A DNA stretch of 64,000 nucleotides, taken from NCBI RefSeq assembly GCF_006345805.1, contig NC_043009.1:59706001-59770000 (forward strand), written 5' to 3'. The notes under the pieces were generated by a model, which did no database searches, had not been told where the DNA came from, and worked only from the letters and a program-made list of their open reading frames with translations. Origin of the DNA: Octopus sinensis (taxonomy: Eukaryota). How positions within the stretch are numbered: the stretch's first letter is position 1; the number at the start of each line of letters is the position of its first letter. The translations under genes were made by a program, and so were the position numbers. Positions 25,900 through 38,930 of this stretch are shown here, piece after piece.

Positions 25900-27750
25900 C
25901 TTCCTATCTCTCTCTCTACAATATTTAACCGCAGGCTGCCTCAAGCCGTAATCCCATCTTTTTCCCATCTTTCAGTCATTGGCGGTCTTCTTTTTCCTCC
26001 TCTCTTCTTCTTCATATGCTAAAACTTGAAAACCGCCATTACTATTACTATTACGATTCTGCAATTTAAATTCCCAGTTCAACTACTTTCTTCTTCAATT
26101 TCAACTCCCGCTCGATGACCGCAGCAAGTTCTTAAAAAATTTATCTTACTATATTTTTTATTCGTTGTTAATACGTTTATTCATACACTGTTACGAAAAT
26201 TTAACCTTTTTTAAGATACTTTCAAGCCTTCGCCATAACTTGATTTATCTTCCTATCTCTCTCTCTACAATATTTAACCGCAGGCTGCCTCAAGCCGTAA
26301 TCCCATCTTTTTCCCATCTTTCAGTCATTGGCGGTCTTCTTTTTCCTCCTCTTCTTCTTCATATGCTAAAACTTGAAAACCGCCATTACTATTACTATTA
26401 CGATTCTGCAATTTAATTCCCAGTTCAACTACTTTCTTCTTCAATTTCAACTCCCCTCGATGACCGCAGCAAGTTCTTAAAAAATTTATCTTACTATATT
26501 TTTTTTTCGTTGTTAATACGTTTATTCATACACTGTTACGAAAATTTAACCTTTTTTAAGATACTTTCAAGCCTTCGCCATAACTTGATTTATCTTCCTA
26601 TCTCTCTCTCTACAATATTTAACCGCAGGCTGCCTCAAGCCGTAATCCCATCTTTTTCCCATCTTTCAGTCATTGGCGGTCTTCTTTTTCCTCCTCTTCT
26701 TCTTCATATGCTAAAACTTGAAAACCGCCATTACTATTACTATTACGATTCTGCAATTTAAATTCCCAGTTCAACTACTTTCTCTTTCTTCTTCAATTTC
26801 CTTCCAATCCCTCGATGACCGCAGCAAGTTCTTAAAAAATTTATCTTACTATATTTTTTATTCGTTGTTATACGTTTATTCATACACTGTTACGAAAATT
26901 TAACCTTTTTTAAGATACTTTCAAGCCTTCGCCATAACTTGATTTATCTTCCTATCTCTCTCTCTACAATATAACCATTTAACCGCAGGCTGCCAAGCCG
27001 TATCCCAATCTTTTTCCCATCTTTCATTGGCGGTCTTCTTTGCCTCTTGCGTCTTCTTTTTTTCCCTTCTCCTCCTCTTCTTCATATGCTAAAACTTGAA
27101 AACCGCCATTACTATTACTATTACGATTCTGCAATTTAAATTCCCAGTTCAACTACTTTCTTCTTCAATTTCAACTCCCGCTCGATGACCGCAGCAAGTT
27201 CTTAAAAAATTATCTTACTATATTTTTTATTCGTTGTTAATACGTTTATTCATACACTGTTACGAAATTAACCTTTTTTAAGATACTTTCAAGCCTTCGC
27301 CATAACTTGATTTATCTTCCTATCTCTCTCTCTACAATATTTAACCGCAGGCTGCCTCAAGCCGTAATCCCATCTTTTTCCATCTTTCAGTCATTGGCGG
27401 TCTTCTTTTTCCTTCCTCCTCTTCTTCATATGCTAAAACTTGAAAACCGCCATTACTATTACTATTACGATTCTGCAATTTAAATTCCCAGTTCAACTAC
27501 TTTCTTCTTCAATTTCAACTCCCGCTCGATGACCGCAGCAAGTTCTTAAAAAATTTATCTTACTATATTTTTTATTCGTTGTTAATACGTTTATTCATAC
27601 ACTGTTACGAAAATTTAACCTTTTTTAAGATACTTTCAAGCCTTCGCCATAACTTGATTTATCTTCCTATCTCTCTCTCTACAATATTTAACCGCAGGCT
27701 GCCTCAAGCCGTAATCCCATCTTTTTCCCATCTTTCAGTCATTGGCGGTG
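25900..27750. repeat. Tandem array, ~345-368-bp unit, ~5.3 copies
   Basis: Unit starts at about 25900, 26249, 26594, 26948, 27316 and 27663; copies differ mostly by homopolymer indels. Confidence 0.92.
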
Positions 27751-28800
27751 CGCCCGCCCCCCACCCCCACCACGAATACCGTTGAACACTGTTCTCACCC
27801 CCACCACCAATACCGTTGAACACTGTTCTCACCCCCCCCCCACCACCAATACCAGTATACCCCGTTCTCTCTATCTACACCGGATACACCTTACTCATCT
27901 ACACTGGGTACGCCCTACTCCCTCCTCCTCCTCCCACTACCACTTCTCCTCATATGCTTAAGACAAGCTGCTAGCGCCATAGCTCATCAACTGCCCACCG
28001 ATCTTACGCTTCCTCCTGACACTGCCTCAATCCGACCATCCCCTTTTAGTACCCTCCCGCCTCGTCACCTACCATTCTAAGTACCCCCCTACCCATTCTA
28101 AGTACCCCCCTACCCATTCTAAGTACCCCGGATCCCCAAAGTACCCCGGATCCCCAAAATACCCCAATCCCCAAAGTACCCCGGACCTCGTGCCCCCGTG
28201 CCGCTGACACGTTAAAATGCTCGAATCCGATCGTGACGATGCCGGACCCTCCGGCCCCTGTGCAGGTGGCACGTAAAAAGCACCCAATCCACTCACGGAG
28301 TGGTTGGCGTTAGGAAGGGCATCCAGCCGTAGAAACTCTGCCAGATTCAGACTGGAGCCTGGAGCGGCCCCTGGCTTCCCAGACCCGGTCAAACCGTCCA
28401 ACCCGTGCTAGCGCGGAAAGCGGACGTTAAACGATGATGATGATGATGATGATGATGATATATATATACACACTATACTATACATAACATATAACCATAG
28501 CTTGCTGTTGTGAATTAACAAAGTAATCATCATTAACATTAACAATATCAATTAATAATAACAACGATAATATTAATTAATCCATGCTAACGTTGCTATG
28601 TCTGTTTCATGTCCACTTACTCATCTGCCATTCATTTACAGCAAAAGTCTCCGGAATCTTCCCTCTCTGTCTCTTACATATTGGTAAGAGCAAGCGGAAC
28701 AAAGATGTTATTTATTAAGTATAAGCTATGACACTAACAACCCTAATCATTGTCGTTAATCTTTTTTGTATTTATTATTATCATCATTACAGTTGTTACC

Positions 28801-28832
<32 letters not shown>

Positions 28833-28859
28833 TACTACTACTACTACTTCTATTTATTA

Positions 28860-28903
<44 letters not shown>

Positions 28904-29001
28904 GAGCGAGAGGGCAGTGCATGCCATCAAAGTCTGGTCTAGTAACCCATCCCACTCAAAAGGTTCCTGAATAAGGGTTTTTTAAGGATGTTGTTTAAGG
29001 A

Positions 29002-29048
<47 letters not shown>

Positions 29049-29330
29049 CATTATTATTATTCTTGAGTGAGAGAGCAGTGCATGCCATCAAAGTGACACT
29101 GGGGTAAAATATACGAAGCCCAACACACCCATTATCACTACCCGTCTGATAAGGGTACACCAGGCACATGCATCACAACCATATGTGTGCGACATGGTGA
29201 TCTCATATCAAGATAAACAGTGCATGACCTTGCAGGTGGGGCCCGGTTAGAATTTTCTTCTGGTTGATTAACCCATCCTGCTCAAAAGGTCCCTGAATAA
29301 GGGTTGTTTAAGGAATTATTATTATTGTTA

Positions 29331-29376
<46 letters not shown>

Positions 29377-29996
29377 TGCTATTACTACTACTACTGCTGC
29401 TGCTACTATTTATTATTATTATTATTACTATTATTATTATCATTATTATTATTATTATTGAGTGAGAGAGCAATTCATGCCATCAAAGTGACACTGGGGT
29501 AAAATATACGAAGCCCAGTATCCCCATCATGACTACCGGTCTGATAAGGATACACAAGGCAAATGCATCACAACGATATGTGCGCGACATGGTGACCTCA
29601 TATCAAGATAAACTGCACATGACCTTGCAGGTGGGACCCAGTTAGAATTTTTTCAGGTTGAGTAGCCCATCCCACTGAAGATGTCCCTGAATAAGGGTTG
29701 TTTAAGAATGTTAAACAAAACACCCATGCTTCCAAAAGTGAATTATCAAAATCCCAAAGAATTTCTCTCAGCACATGGCTACGATGATCCCCCACTACTT
29801 CTGCTCGTGATCAGAGATGCACATATTGTCAGCCACTAAGTGACATGCTCAACTGGTTATGGTCAAACAACTGACAAGCAAATCTGTGGTATTGAGCGGA
29901 ATATTTGCTGTAAGCCATCTTTTATACCAAAGCAAAACAATGTACATGATAACACTTCCAATCAGTTAAGATTAGAAACCATGAGAGCCACAGCCC

Positions 29997-30200
29997 TACT
30001 TGCTCTTGTTGATTCTGTGAGTGCAGACAGCAACCATTTCTCAGAGATCCTTACAAGGTCTCTTTCTGCAAATTATAAACTTTGGTACTTGGATGTTAAC
30101 TTATCATGGAAGACACTCAACACCCAACTACCAATCTCAAAATCTTAGGTCTCCGTAATAGAGCAGTCTTTTGGGCCTGCTCTGCCATCATGTCAATTCC
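29997..30200 (-). mobile_element. R4/Dong-like LINE 3' fragment (family 1)
   Basis: Minus 30200-30117 reads GIDMMAEQAQKTALLRRPKILRLVVGC*, a decayed QKTALLGTARILRxVL C-terminus; next to (ATT)n. Confidence 0.7.
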
Positions 30201-30205
30201 AAATT

Positions 30206-30271
<66 letters not shown>

Positions 30272-30286
30272 GTACTGATGTTGTTA

Positions 30287-30333
<47 letters not shown>

Positions 30334-30624
30334 CAATAAGAAGAGTGAAATGCAATTTGTATTAAATACAAATTGCCTTTGTTTATTGAATTGCACAATA
30401 TTTCAACAATATTCTTGTTTTCCTTCGGTTCAAAACAAAAAAAAAAATAGGCAGAAATGTAGAAATTGAACCCAAGCAAGACAGGCGTAGAGTTCAAGTC
30501 AATAAAACAGAGTCAATCTCTATTCATTACAAACTGTATAACTGTCTTCTTATTGTGCATTTACTTTCGTGAAGAGTTCTGTCAATCTTCATAAATTGTT
30601 ACTATTATTATTATTATTATTATT

Positions 30625-30884
30625 TTTTTTTTCTTCTTTCAAATTTGCTTCCATTTCTTGCCGAGTGTCTTCCCGACTCCTAGGGCAAAGAAACTCATAG
30701 TATACATTGGTAGGCCATTAAACTAAACTCAACAGTTCATTCATTTTTTTTTTTTTTAAGTTAAATTAAAATACATGGGTAGTAATAGTTCTCACATCGA
30801 CAATGCTCTTCTCAATACGTGTGATGTACCAGTTAAGACAATCTTTTGCACTTCTTGCAGGGATGGTAAGCCAGGAATTTTCGG
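30625..30884 (-). mobile_element. R4/Dong-like LINE 3' fragment (family 2)
   Basis: Minus 30884-30792 reads PKIPGLPSLQEVQKIVLTGTSHVLRRALSM*; (TAA)n on both sides. Confidence 0.75.
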
Positions 30885-30915
<31 letters not shown>

Positions 30916-31153
30916 AAGGTGAGCTGGAAGAATTGTTAGTACTTAAAGACAGGTGAAATGCTTAGTGGCATTTCATCTATCTTCGTGTTCTGAGTTCAAA
31001 TTCCGCCAAGGTTGATCTTACTTTTCGTCCTTTCAAGGTCAAATAACATAAGTACCAAATGAACATTGCTGGCCTTGCGCAAGAATTTGAAACCCATTCT
31101 TATTATCAATAACATTGTTATTATCATTATTATTATTATTATTATTATTATCA

Positions 31154-31490
31154 TAGATGTTGTACTGTACACAGTATCATGAGGTTGTTGATTGAAGGTA
31201 TTGTGTCTACGGGGATGGGGTTTGTACTGTTTGTCAAGTCAAAACAAGGACCTCAGGCTGACAGTACTTGACGCTATATACCTGCAGTTCCAAGTAATGG
31301 CGATTTTTTAAATACACCTAAATTCTAGGGTATTTCTAAAGTTTTCAGATGGGTGGTATTGAACCCAATGCTCTGATAACAATAGGGATAACCTTTATGT
31401 TTGACTCTCATAGCTGCCACGTCTTAGCGATCTCAATTCTCCGATCCCCATATTTATCAACCTTTTCTCTTTCTTTCATGATGAAATGTT
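31154..31490 (-). mobile_element. R4/Dong-like LINE 3' fragment (family 3)
   Basis: KEREKVDKYGD..EIAKTWQL*ESNIKVIPIVIRALGS...KSPLLGTAGI*RQVLSA*: KY motif and VIPIV.GALG of RLE-type LINEs, with stops and a frameshift; (TAA)n flanks. Confidence 0.8.
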
Positions 31491-31491
31491 G

Positions 31492-31533
<42 letters not shown>

Positions 31534-32040
31534 GAGTGAGAGAGCAGTGCATGCCATCAAAGTGACACTGGGGTACAAATATACGAAGCCCAGTATACCC
31601 ATCATGACTACCCGTCTGATAAGGATACACTTGGCACATGCATCACAACTATATGTGCGCGACATGGTGATCTCATATCAAGATAAACAGCACATGACCT
31701 TGCAGGTGGGGCCCAGTTACAATTTTCTTCTGGTCGAGTAGCCCATCCTGCTCAAAAGGTCCTTGAATAAGGGTTGCTTAAAGATGTTGAACGAACTACC
31801 CATGTTTCCAAAGGTGAATTATCCAAGCCCCAAGGAATTCCTCTCAACACATGGCTACGATGCTCCCCCACTACTTCTGCTTGTGATCAGAGATGCACAT
31901 ATCGTCAGCCACAAAGGGACATGGTCAACTGGTTAAGGTCAAACAACTGACAAGCAAATCTTTGGTATTGAGCAGAATATTTGCTGTAGACCATCTTTTA
32001 TACCAAGACAAAACAATGTACATGATAACACTTCCAGTCA

Positions 32041-32081
<41 letters not shown>

Positions 32082-32320
32082 CATTATTATTATGATATGG
32101 GCAGGGAACTGGCAGAATCATTACTGCATTGCACAAAAACGTGACTGCATATTTTCCAGTCCTTTACATTCTGAGTTCAAATACCACCGAGGTCAACTTT
32201 TTGCTTTTCATCCTTTCTGGGTCATTAGCATAAGTACAAGTTTTGCACTGGTGTCATGGTAATTAATTAAACCCCACTCCCTAAAAGAAAATTTCTGGCT
32301 TTGTGCCAAAATTTGAAACA

Positions 32321-32375
<55 letters not shown>

Positions 32376-33061
32376 GACAATAAGAAGAGTGTGATGTGAC
32401 TGTAATAGCTTATTATTGATTCGAACGATATTTCAACAGCTTGTCTGTATTTTTCAAGTTTCAAAATGTTAAAAGAAGAAACAGAAATTCAAAAATATTA
32501 GTGAGGAAATCTTGTGTTCCCACTTTGACGGAATGGCATCATCAGTCTTCAGTTGCGCAATTTTTCTTTTCCCTTTTGCCAGTTGCAAAACTGAAGATTG
32601 ATAATGTCATTCTCTCAAAGTGGGAACACAGGTTGCCCTCGTACATATTTTTGAATTTCTGTGTTTCTTCATTTTACATTTTGGACTTGGAAAAGATAGA
32701 TGAGCAGTCAAAATATCATTCAGATCAATGAATAATCTATTACAATCACATCCCAGTCTTCTTACTGTTTATTTACCTTCATGAAGAGTTATGTCAATCT
32801 TTATATAATATTATTATTATTATTATTATTATCATCATTATTATTATTGCAGAATTGTTAGCATGCCAGGCAAAATGCATAGTGGTATTTTGTCCGTTTT
32901 TAACGTTCTGAGTTCACATTCCACCGAGGTCTACTTTGCCTTTCATCCGTTCGGAGTCGATAAATTAAGTCTCAGTGAAACACCAGGGTCAATGTAATCA
33001 ACTAGTCCCCTTCTCCCAAAATTTAAGGAATTGTGCCTATTGTAGAAAGGATTATTATTAC

Positions 33062-33096
<35 letters not shown>

Positions 33097-33844
33097 GTGT
33101 ATTTCAATAGAAAAATAACAAAATGGTCGAGACATGTAACACATAATTATTGGTTTAATATATGTAAGCCTCCCTTGGCTGTTGCCAGCCTCCTCTGGCC
33201 CCTGTGCCGGTGGCACGTAAAATGCACTCACTACACTCATGGAGTGGTTGGCATTAGGAAAGGCATCAAGCTGTAGAAACACTGCCAGATCAGACTGGAG
33301 CCTGGTGCAGCCTCCTGGCTTCCTAGACCCCTATCGAACCGTCCAACCCGTGCTAGCATGGAAAACGGACGTTAAACAATGATGATGATGATGAAGATTC
33401 AGAGCTCATTTAAGACTTGAAAGATTTAAGAGTTACTTTATGTTTTGGTAATAGAAAGAAAAAGAAATTACGAATTAATGGCTGCCAATAGTTGAACGGT
33501 CCATTGAGAATTTCAGAGTGTGATGCAAGGCAAAACATCAAAGAAATGCAAGTGAAATTCCTGTAGATGGCGCTTCAAAAAAGTAGCCATATTTTTGTAA
33601 ACATAAACTAATAAAATAAAATAGCAAGGTTTATAAATTTGGAAATATATTCCCGCCATGGAGGTTTGACTTTAGTAGCGTGCAGGGTGCATCCACTAAA
33701 CTTAGTACCTGTAGCAGGAGTAAGATAATAATGATAATAATAATAATAATAATAATAATAATAGTAATAATGATAATAATAATAACAACAACAACAATAC
33801 CTATTTGGTATTGAAATCAATGTTGTAAATTATATGTACTTATA

Positions 33845-33931
33845 CAATGTGTGTGTGTGTGTGTGTATATATATGTATGTGTGTATATATATATATAATA
33901 TATATATATATGTATTTATATGTATATTTAT

Positions 33932-33979
<48 letters not shown>

Positions 33980-34128
33980 GTGTATTTATATATATATTTA
34001 TATACATATTTGTATATATATTATATATGTATATATATGTATATATATATGTATATATGTATAAATATTTATATACGTATATATGTATATATATTTATAT
34101 ACATGTATATGTATATATATTTATATAC

Positions 34129-34170
<42 letters not shown>

Positions 34171-34537
34171 CATACATACATTTGTGTGTATGTTGGAATT
34201 TTTGATTTCAAAACATGTTTGATTATAAAATATATTTTTATGAATATTGACTAAATTTTCAAAAAAAAATTTAGATAAAAGAAGAAAAAAAAAACGTGTT
34301 TGTGATGTAAGTGCTCAGTATATACCCTTGTATTGTGTGTGTGTGCCAGATATTTTCTGTATTTTGTCATAAGTAAGATACGTAGAATTACATACCTCAT
34401 GACTAAGGTTGCAAGTGAGAAGAATTACTCGTCAGTCTGCTAATGAGTACAGATGACAAAATATTTGTTATTATCGAAACCTTACATCAGATATGTAATC
34501 CTATTCTTTATACATGACATACACATATATATATGGA

Positions 34538-34580
<43 letters not shown>

Positions 34581-34622
34581 TATATACATACATATATGCG
34601 TATACATACCTATATATCTATC

Positions 34623-34659
<37 letters not shown>

Positions 34660-34764
34660 ACATACATTTTTGTATATACACACCTATATAAATTATGTGT
34701 GTGTGTATATATATATATATTATATATATATATATATATTATATATATATATATATGTATACAT

Positions 34765-34812
<48 letters not shown>

Positions 34813-35207
34813 GTATACATATATATATATGTGCGTATATGCAAATTTATACATACGTGTATATATATTCACATATAAGTATACATATACATATCTATAT
34901 ATGTTTCTATATATATATATATACATATGTACGTACATACATACATACATACATACACACATGCATGTACACACATATACTTACAGACATATATATATAT
35001 ATATGTAATATCTGATGGTTTAAATATAACTAAACGAAAGAAAATTCCAACCCTGTTTTATTTTAAAAGGCAAAAATGTTTCCCCACTGAAATAGCAGGG
35101 GTTGTGGATCTCTTAAAAGCTGATGTTGTCTCCTTAGTTCTGTGAGTATCATCTATGTGGATGTAGCATATATATATATATAAATACACAGATATTAAAA
35201 TGCTTTG

Positions 35208-35245
<38 letters not shown>
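33845..35245. repeat. Compound (TA)n/(TG)n/(TACA)n microsatellite field
   Basis: Directly visible. Similar fields at 3490-4020, 39790-39960, 55400-56500. Confidence 0.95.
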
Positions 35246-35249
<4 letters not shown>

Positions 35250-35923
35250 AGCAACTGCTGCCCTAGATCTTTGTCCTTCATCATGTGGTCCTTTCCTGGT
35301 CTTGTGTAATTGTCATACCAAATTCCACCCTTCTTAACACCTCAAACAACTCTTAACTACTACTACTGCTGCTAATATAAGTAGATCATCCATCTACCCA
35401 TTCAACCAATCTACCCACCTGCCAACCTACCTAACTCTTTTTACCTTGCCACAAATGTTTCGCCTGGGTCTCTTTTTCCTCCCCTAGGACTGCCTCCCTA
35501 GTAGCCACAATTAGTGTTTAGACTGTTCTCTAAACCTCCTAGTAGCGTGTGGGTGTGTGTCTCTTCTGGTAGTGACATGAGGGTGAGGATGGAGATGAAA
35601 CTGGAGAAGAAGACGGTGGGAGGAGAAGAATTTGGTGGTCACATGTTCCAGCAACGCAACCACCTGCCACATTCCCCTTCATCCCCATCCTCTCCCTCAT
35701 CACGGTTATGTTAGCATCAGTCTTATAGTTTGTGCCTCACTGATTTGTGTTGTTTTGTATGTTAGATCATTTCTTTGGAGGCAAGGGTCTGTTTTATTTT
35801 CTATCTTGGTGGCGGCAGAAGTTTGGAGGTGACGGTGGTGATGGTTGTTCTTGCATTTTGATGGTTTTTGCATCTCCAAACTCTATCCTTTCTGCATCAC
35901 CAAAACACTGCTCTCTATACATG

Positions 35924-35986
<63 letters not shown>

Positions 35987-36201
35987 AATATACATACATA
36001 TATGTATATTTGTACATATATATACACACACACACAAACACACACACATTGGTGTGTCTTGGGTGGGTCATTACACCAATATTAATACACACACTGGCAC
36101 AATGACCCTCTTAAAACACGATTTGTTCCAACACACAAATTCACATGATGAATCTTTCAAGCCACTTACAGAAATGATATATGCATACATATATACACAG
36201 T

Positions 36202-36238
<37 letters not shown>

Positions 36239-37414
36239 CTATACATACACATCTATTCATTATATATATATATATATTTAATTAAATATATAACTATACA
36301 TACACATATATTTATTATGAAATCGAAATCAAATTCAATGACTGGCATCCATGCTAGTGGAGCACCAAGAGCACTATCCGAGCGTGATTGTTGCCAGAGC
36401 AGCTAACTGGCCTCCATGCCAGTGGCACGTAAAAAGCATTATTCGAGCATGATCGTTATCTGCGTCGCCTTACTGGCACGTGAAAAAACATTCAAGTGAG
36501 GTTGTTGCCAGTGCCACTGGACTGGCTCCTGTGCAGGTGGCACATAAAAAGCACCATTTGAGCATGGTCGTTGCCAGTACCACCTGACTGGCCCTCATGT
36601 CGGGGGCACGTAAAGGCACCCACTACACTCTTGGAGTGGTTGGTGTTAGGAAGAGCATCCAGCTGTAGAAACCCTGCCAGATCAAGATTGGAGCCTGGTG
36701 CACCTATCAGCCCTCAGTCAAATCGTCCAACCCATGCTAGCATGGAAAGTGGATGTTAAATGGTGATGATGATATATGTATACATATATAAAGATATAAC
36801 TATACATACATGTATGTATATGTATAGTTATATCTTTAAATAAATGTGTGTGTGTTTGTGTATATATATATATATATATTGCAACCAAAAAGACAAAACA
36901 GACACAAGCACTTACACATCCAGAAAAATTATGCTTTTACTCTCTCACATACACTTGCACCCAAGAACATGGAAACAGACACTTCTACTCCATATAAAGA
37001 ACATAACAACATAACATGTAAACAGACATGCACACATCTCTGCGTCTCTCCATGTCCACATGCTCCACATCACAGCTTCCCCCATGCATCAAATTACACA
37101 CTTGAGCTTTATCCCATACACGCAGATACACACAAGTCCAATTTGTATTTACACCACCTTCCCTATGTTACACGCTGGTTAGCCACATTTCATGTTGTAT
37201 CCACCATGTACACTTGACACAGTTTTTTTTTTTTTTTTGGCAATGAACACCATATCCCTGTTGTACTGAAGTACTGCATGCACAAACAATGGCACACGTG
37301 CATGGACATATACACACACCGCAAATACAAATATATGTATAAACCATTCTTCTTGGAGATGTAAAAATTCAACTTTGTGCAGAGATATACATGGATATTT
37401 ATATTTATCTATAT

Positions 37415-37447
<33 letters not shown>

Positions 37448-37640
37448 CACGCGCGCACAGACACGCATACATATATATATATATATATACACTCGAACCC
37501 ACGAGAGTAAATGAGAGAGACAGAGACAGGCAGAAACAAGAAAAATGTCTACGTCCCATGTATTTAAATACTATGCAAATATTCTTTTAAAAAATTTTTC
37601 ATCTAATTTTCCCAAAATTTGATCGTTTCCATACTTAGAG

Positions 37641-37676
37641 TTGAAAAAGTCTCAATGACTGAAACCGGTACTAAAA
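37641..37676 (+). ncRNA. Type I hammerhead-like motif (U3-A8 core)
   Basis: UUGAAAA-aguc(ucaau)gacu-GAAAC-cg-GUA; stem I weak. Confidence 0.45.
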
Positions 37677-37831
37677 TGTTTTTTATGATAAAATTATTTT
37701 AGCATTTTCTACCTTGACTTTTTTTTTCCTTACACACACACACACATATATATATATATTGATAGAAATGGTAAGACAACAAAAGAATGAAAGATTCCTC
37801 GATATTATGTAAATAGAGGGATTTATCTGTA

Positions 37832-38032
37832 AATATAATATGTGACAATTATTTGGTAGCCATGATAAAACTCTGAGTCCCGGATGTTGGGGCAGAAACC
37901 CACGCTGCTATCTCTTCAGTTTTCCAGCCATCGATGGCTGGATAACTGAATTTATGGCAGCATGGGTTTCCGCCCCGATATCCGAAACTCAGAGTTTTAT
38001 CATGGCAACCGAATGATTGTCACATATTATAT
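37832..38032. mobile_element. Palindromic element of two inverted hammerhead-like arms (decayed)
   Basis: Arms mirror about cagccatcgatggctg; same family as 55709-55923. Confidence 0.75.
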
Positions 38033-38191
38033 ATATATGGGCACACACAATAATAACTGAATACACAAGTTTGTTCCCAGAGAGCACTCGTAAAGTGAAA
38101 ACTCATAAACAGAAAATAATTTCGTGAATGCTCATAAACCCAAGGTCTCATAAAGTGGGCCTTCGTAAAATGAGGCATTACTGGATATATA

Positions 38192-38930
38192 CAGGGTGCT
38201 GCAACTATACTCTCATCTAAATTATACAAAAATGAAAATAACACTGACATCTCATTTTAACAGATATATTTACCAAAATTACATAAAAATGTCTTGAAAT
38301 ACTAAAGAGTAAATTTATTCAATAAAATTGCCATTGGCTTCAACCACGACCTCCAGACAACTTCAGAATTTCCTGCAACACTTCTGAATGATCTCCTTGT
38401 TTAAGTTGACGAATGCTTCCATAATCCTTGCCTTCAATTCATCTTTGGTGTTACAAGGAGTTTTGTTGGTCTCTCGCTCAACTGCGCCCCACACATAATA
38501 ATCAAGGGGATTACAGTCTAGTTAAGTGGCCAGATGTTAAGAGCAATGTGGTTACAGAAATTGTCCGACAGCCATGACTGGGTTGTCTTACTTGTGTGCC
38601 ATAGTGCAGAGTCCTGTTGCCAGACATAGGGTCTTCCAGCAGCCACCCTCTTCACCCAGGGCATCTACTATCTCCTCTAGACACTTGATGTAGGCCTCCA
38701 TGTTGAGTCTGAGGCTGTGTGGGAAGATGGATGGCATAACATTGCCATCACTAGTGATCACTCCAAATGCTGGATGTTTGATTTTTATCACTCTCAGTAC
38801 ATGTTTTGGGGACATGGCAAGCCAACAGCTGTTCAGTGTGTTCCGCCAGGATCACCATCTGATCCTAGCAGAAATTTTTCTCATCTGAGAAAAACCAAAG
38901 CATGTTCGGTTGGAGGGGATGCTTGAGTTT
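38192..38930 (-). mobile_element. Tc1/mariner maT-type (DD37D-like) transposase remnant with right TIR
   Basis: Minus frames give LWFFSDEKN, FGVITSDG, WQQDSA.., DCNPLDYYVWGAVERETNK; cagggtg TIR after TA; frameshifts and stops. Confidence 0.85.

Noticed and set aside
25900-27785. Repeated 83-aa ORF (MLIRLFIHC...)
   Set aside because: Product of the tandem array; the frame breaks between copies and there is no recognisable domain.
35030-35065. CUGAUG-guuua...uaaac-GAAAG hammerhead-like string
   Set aside because: A9 is missing and no stem I can be formed.
35514-35714. ORF MFRLFSKPP...SPSSRLC as a FAT terminal exon
   Set aside because: Not in phase with the nearest strong acceptor (35488) given the phase-1 donor, and lacks the YHWD or PDZ-type end motifs.
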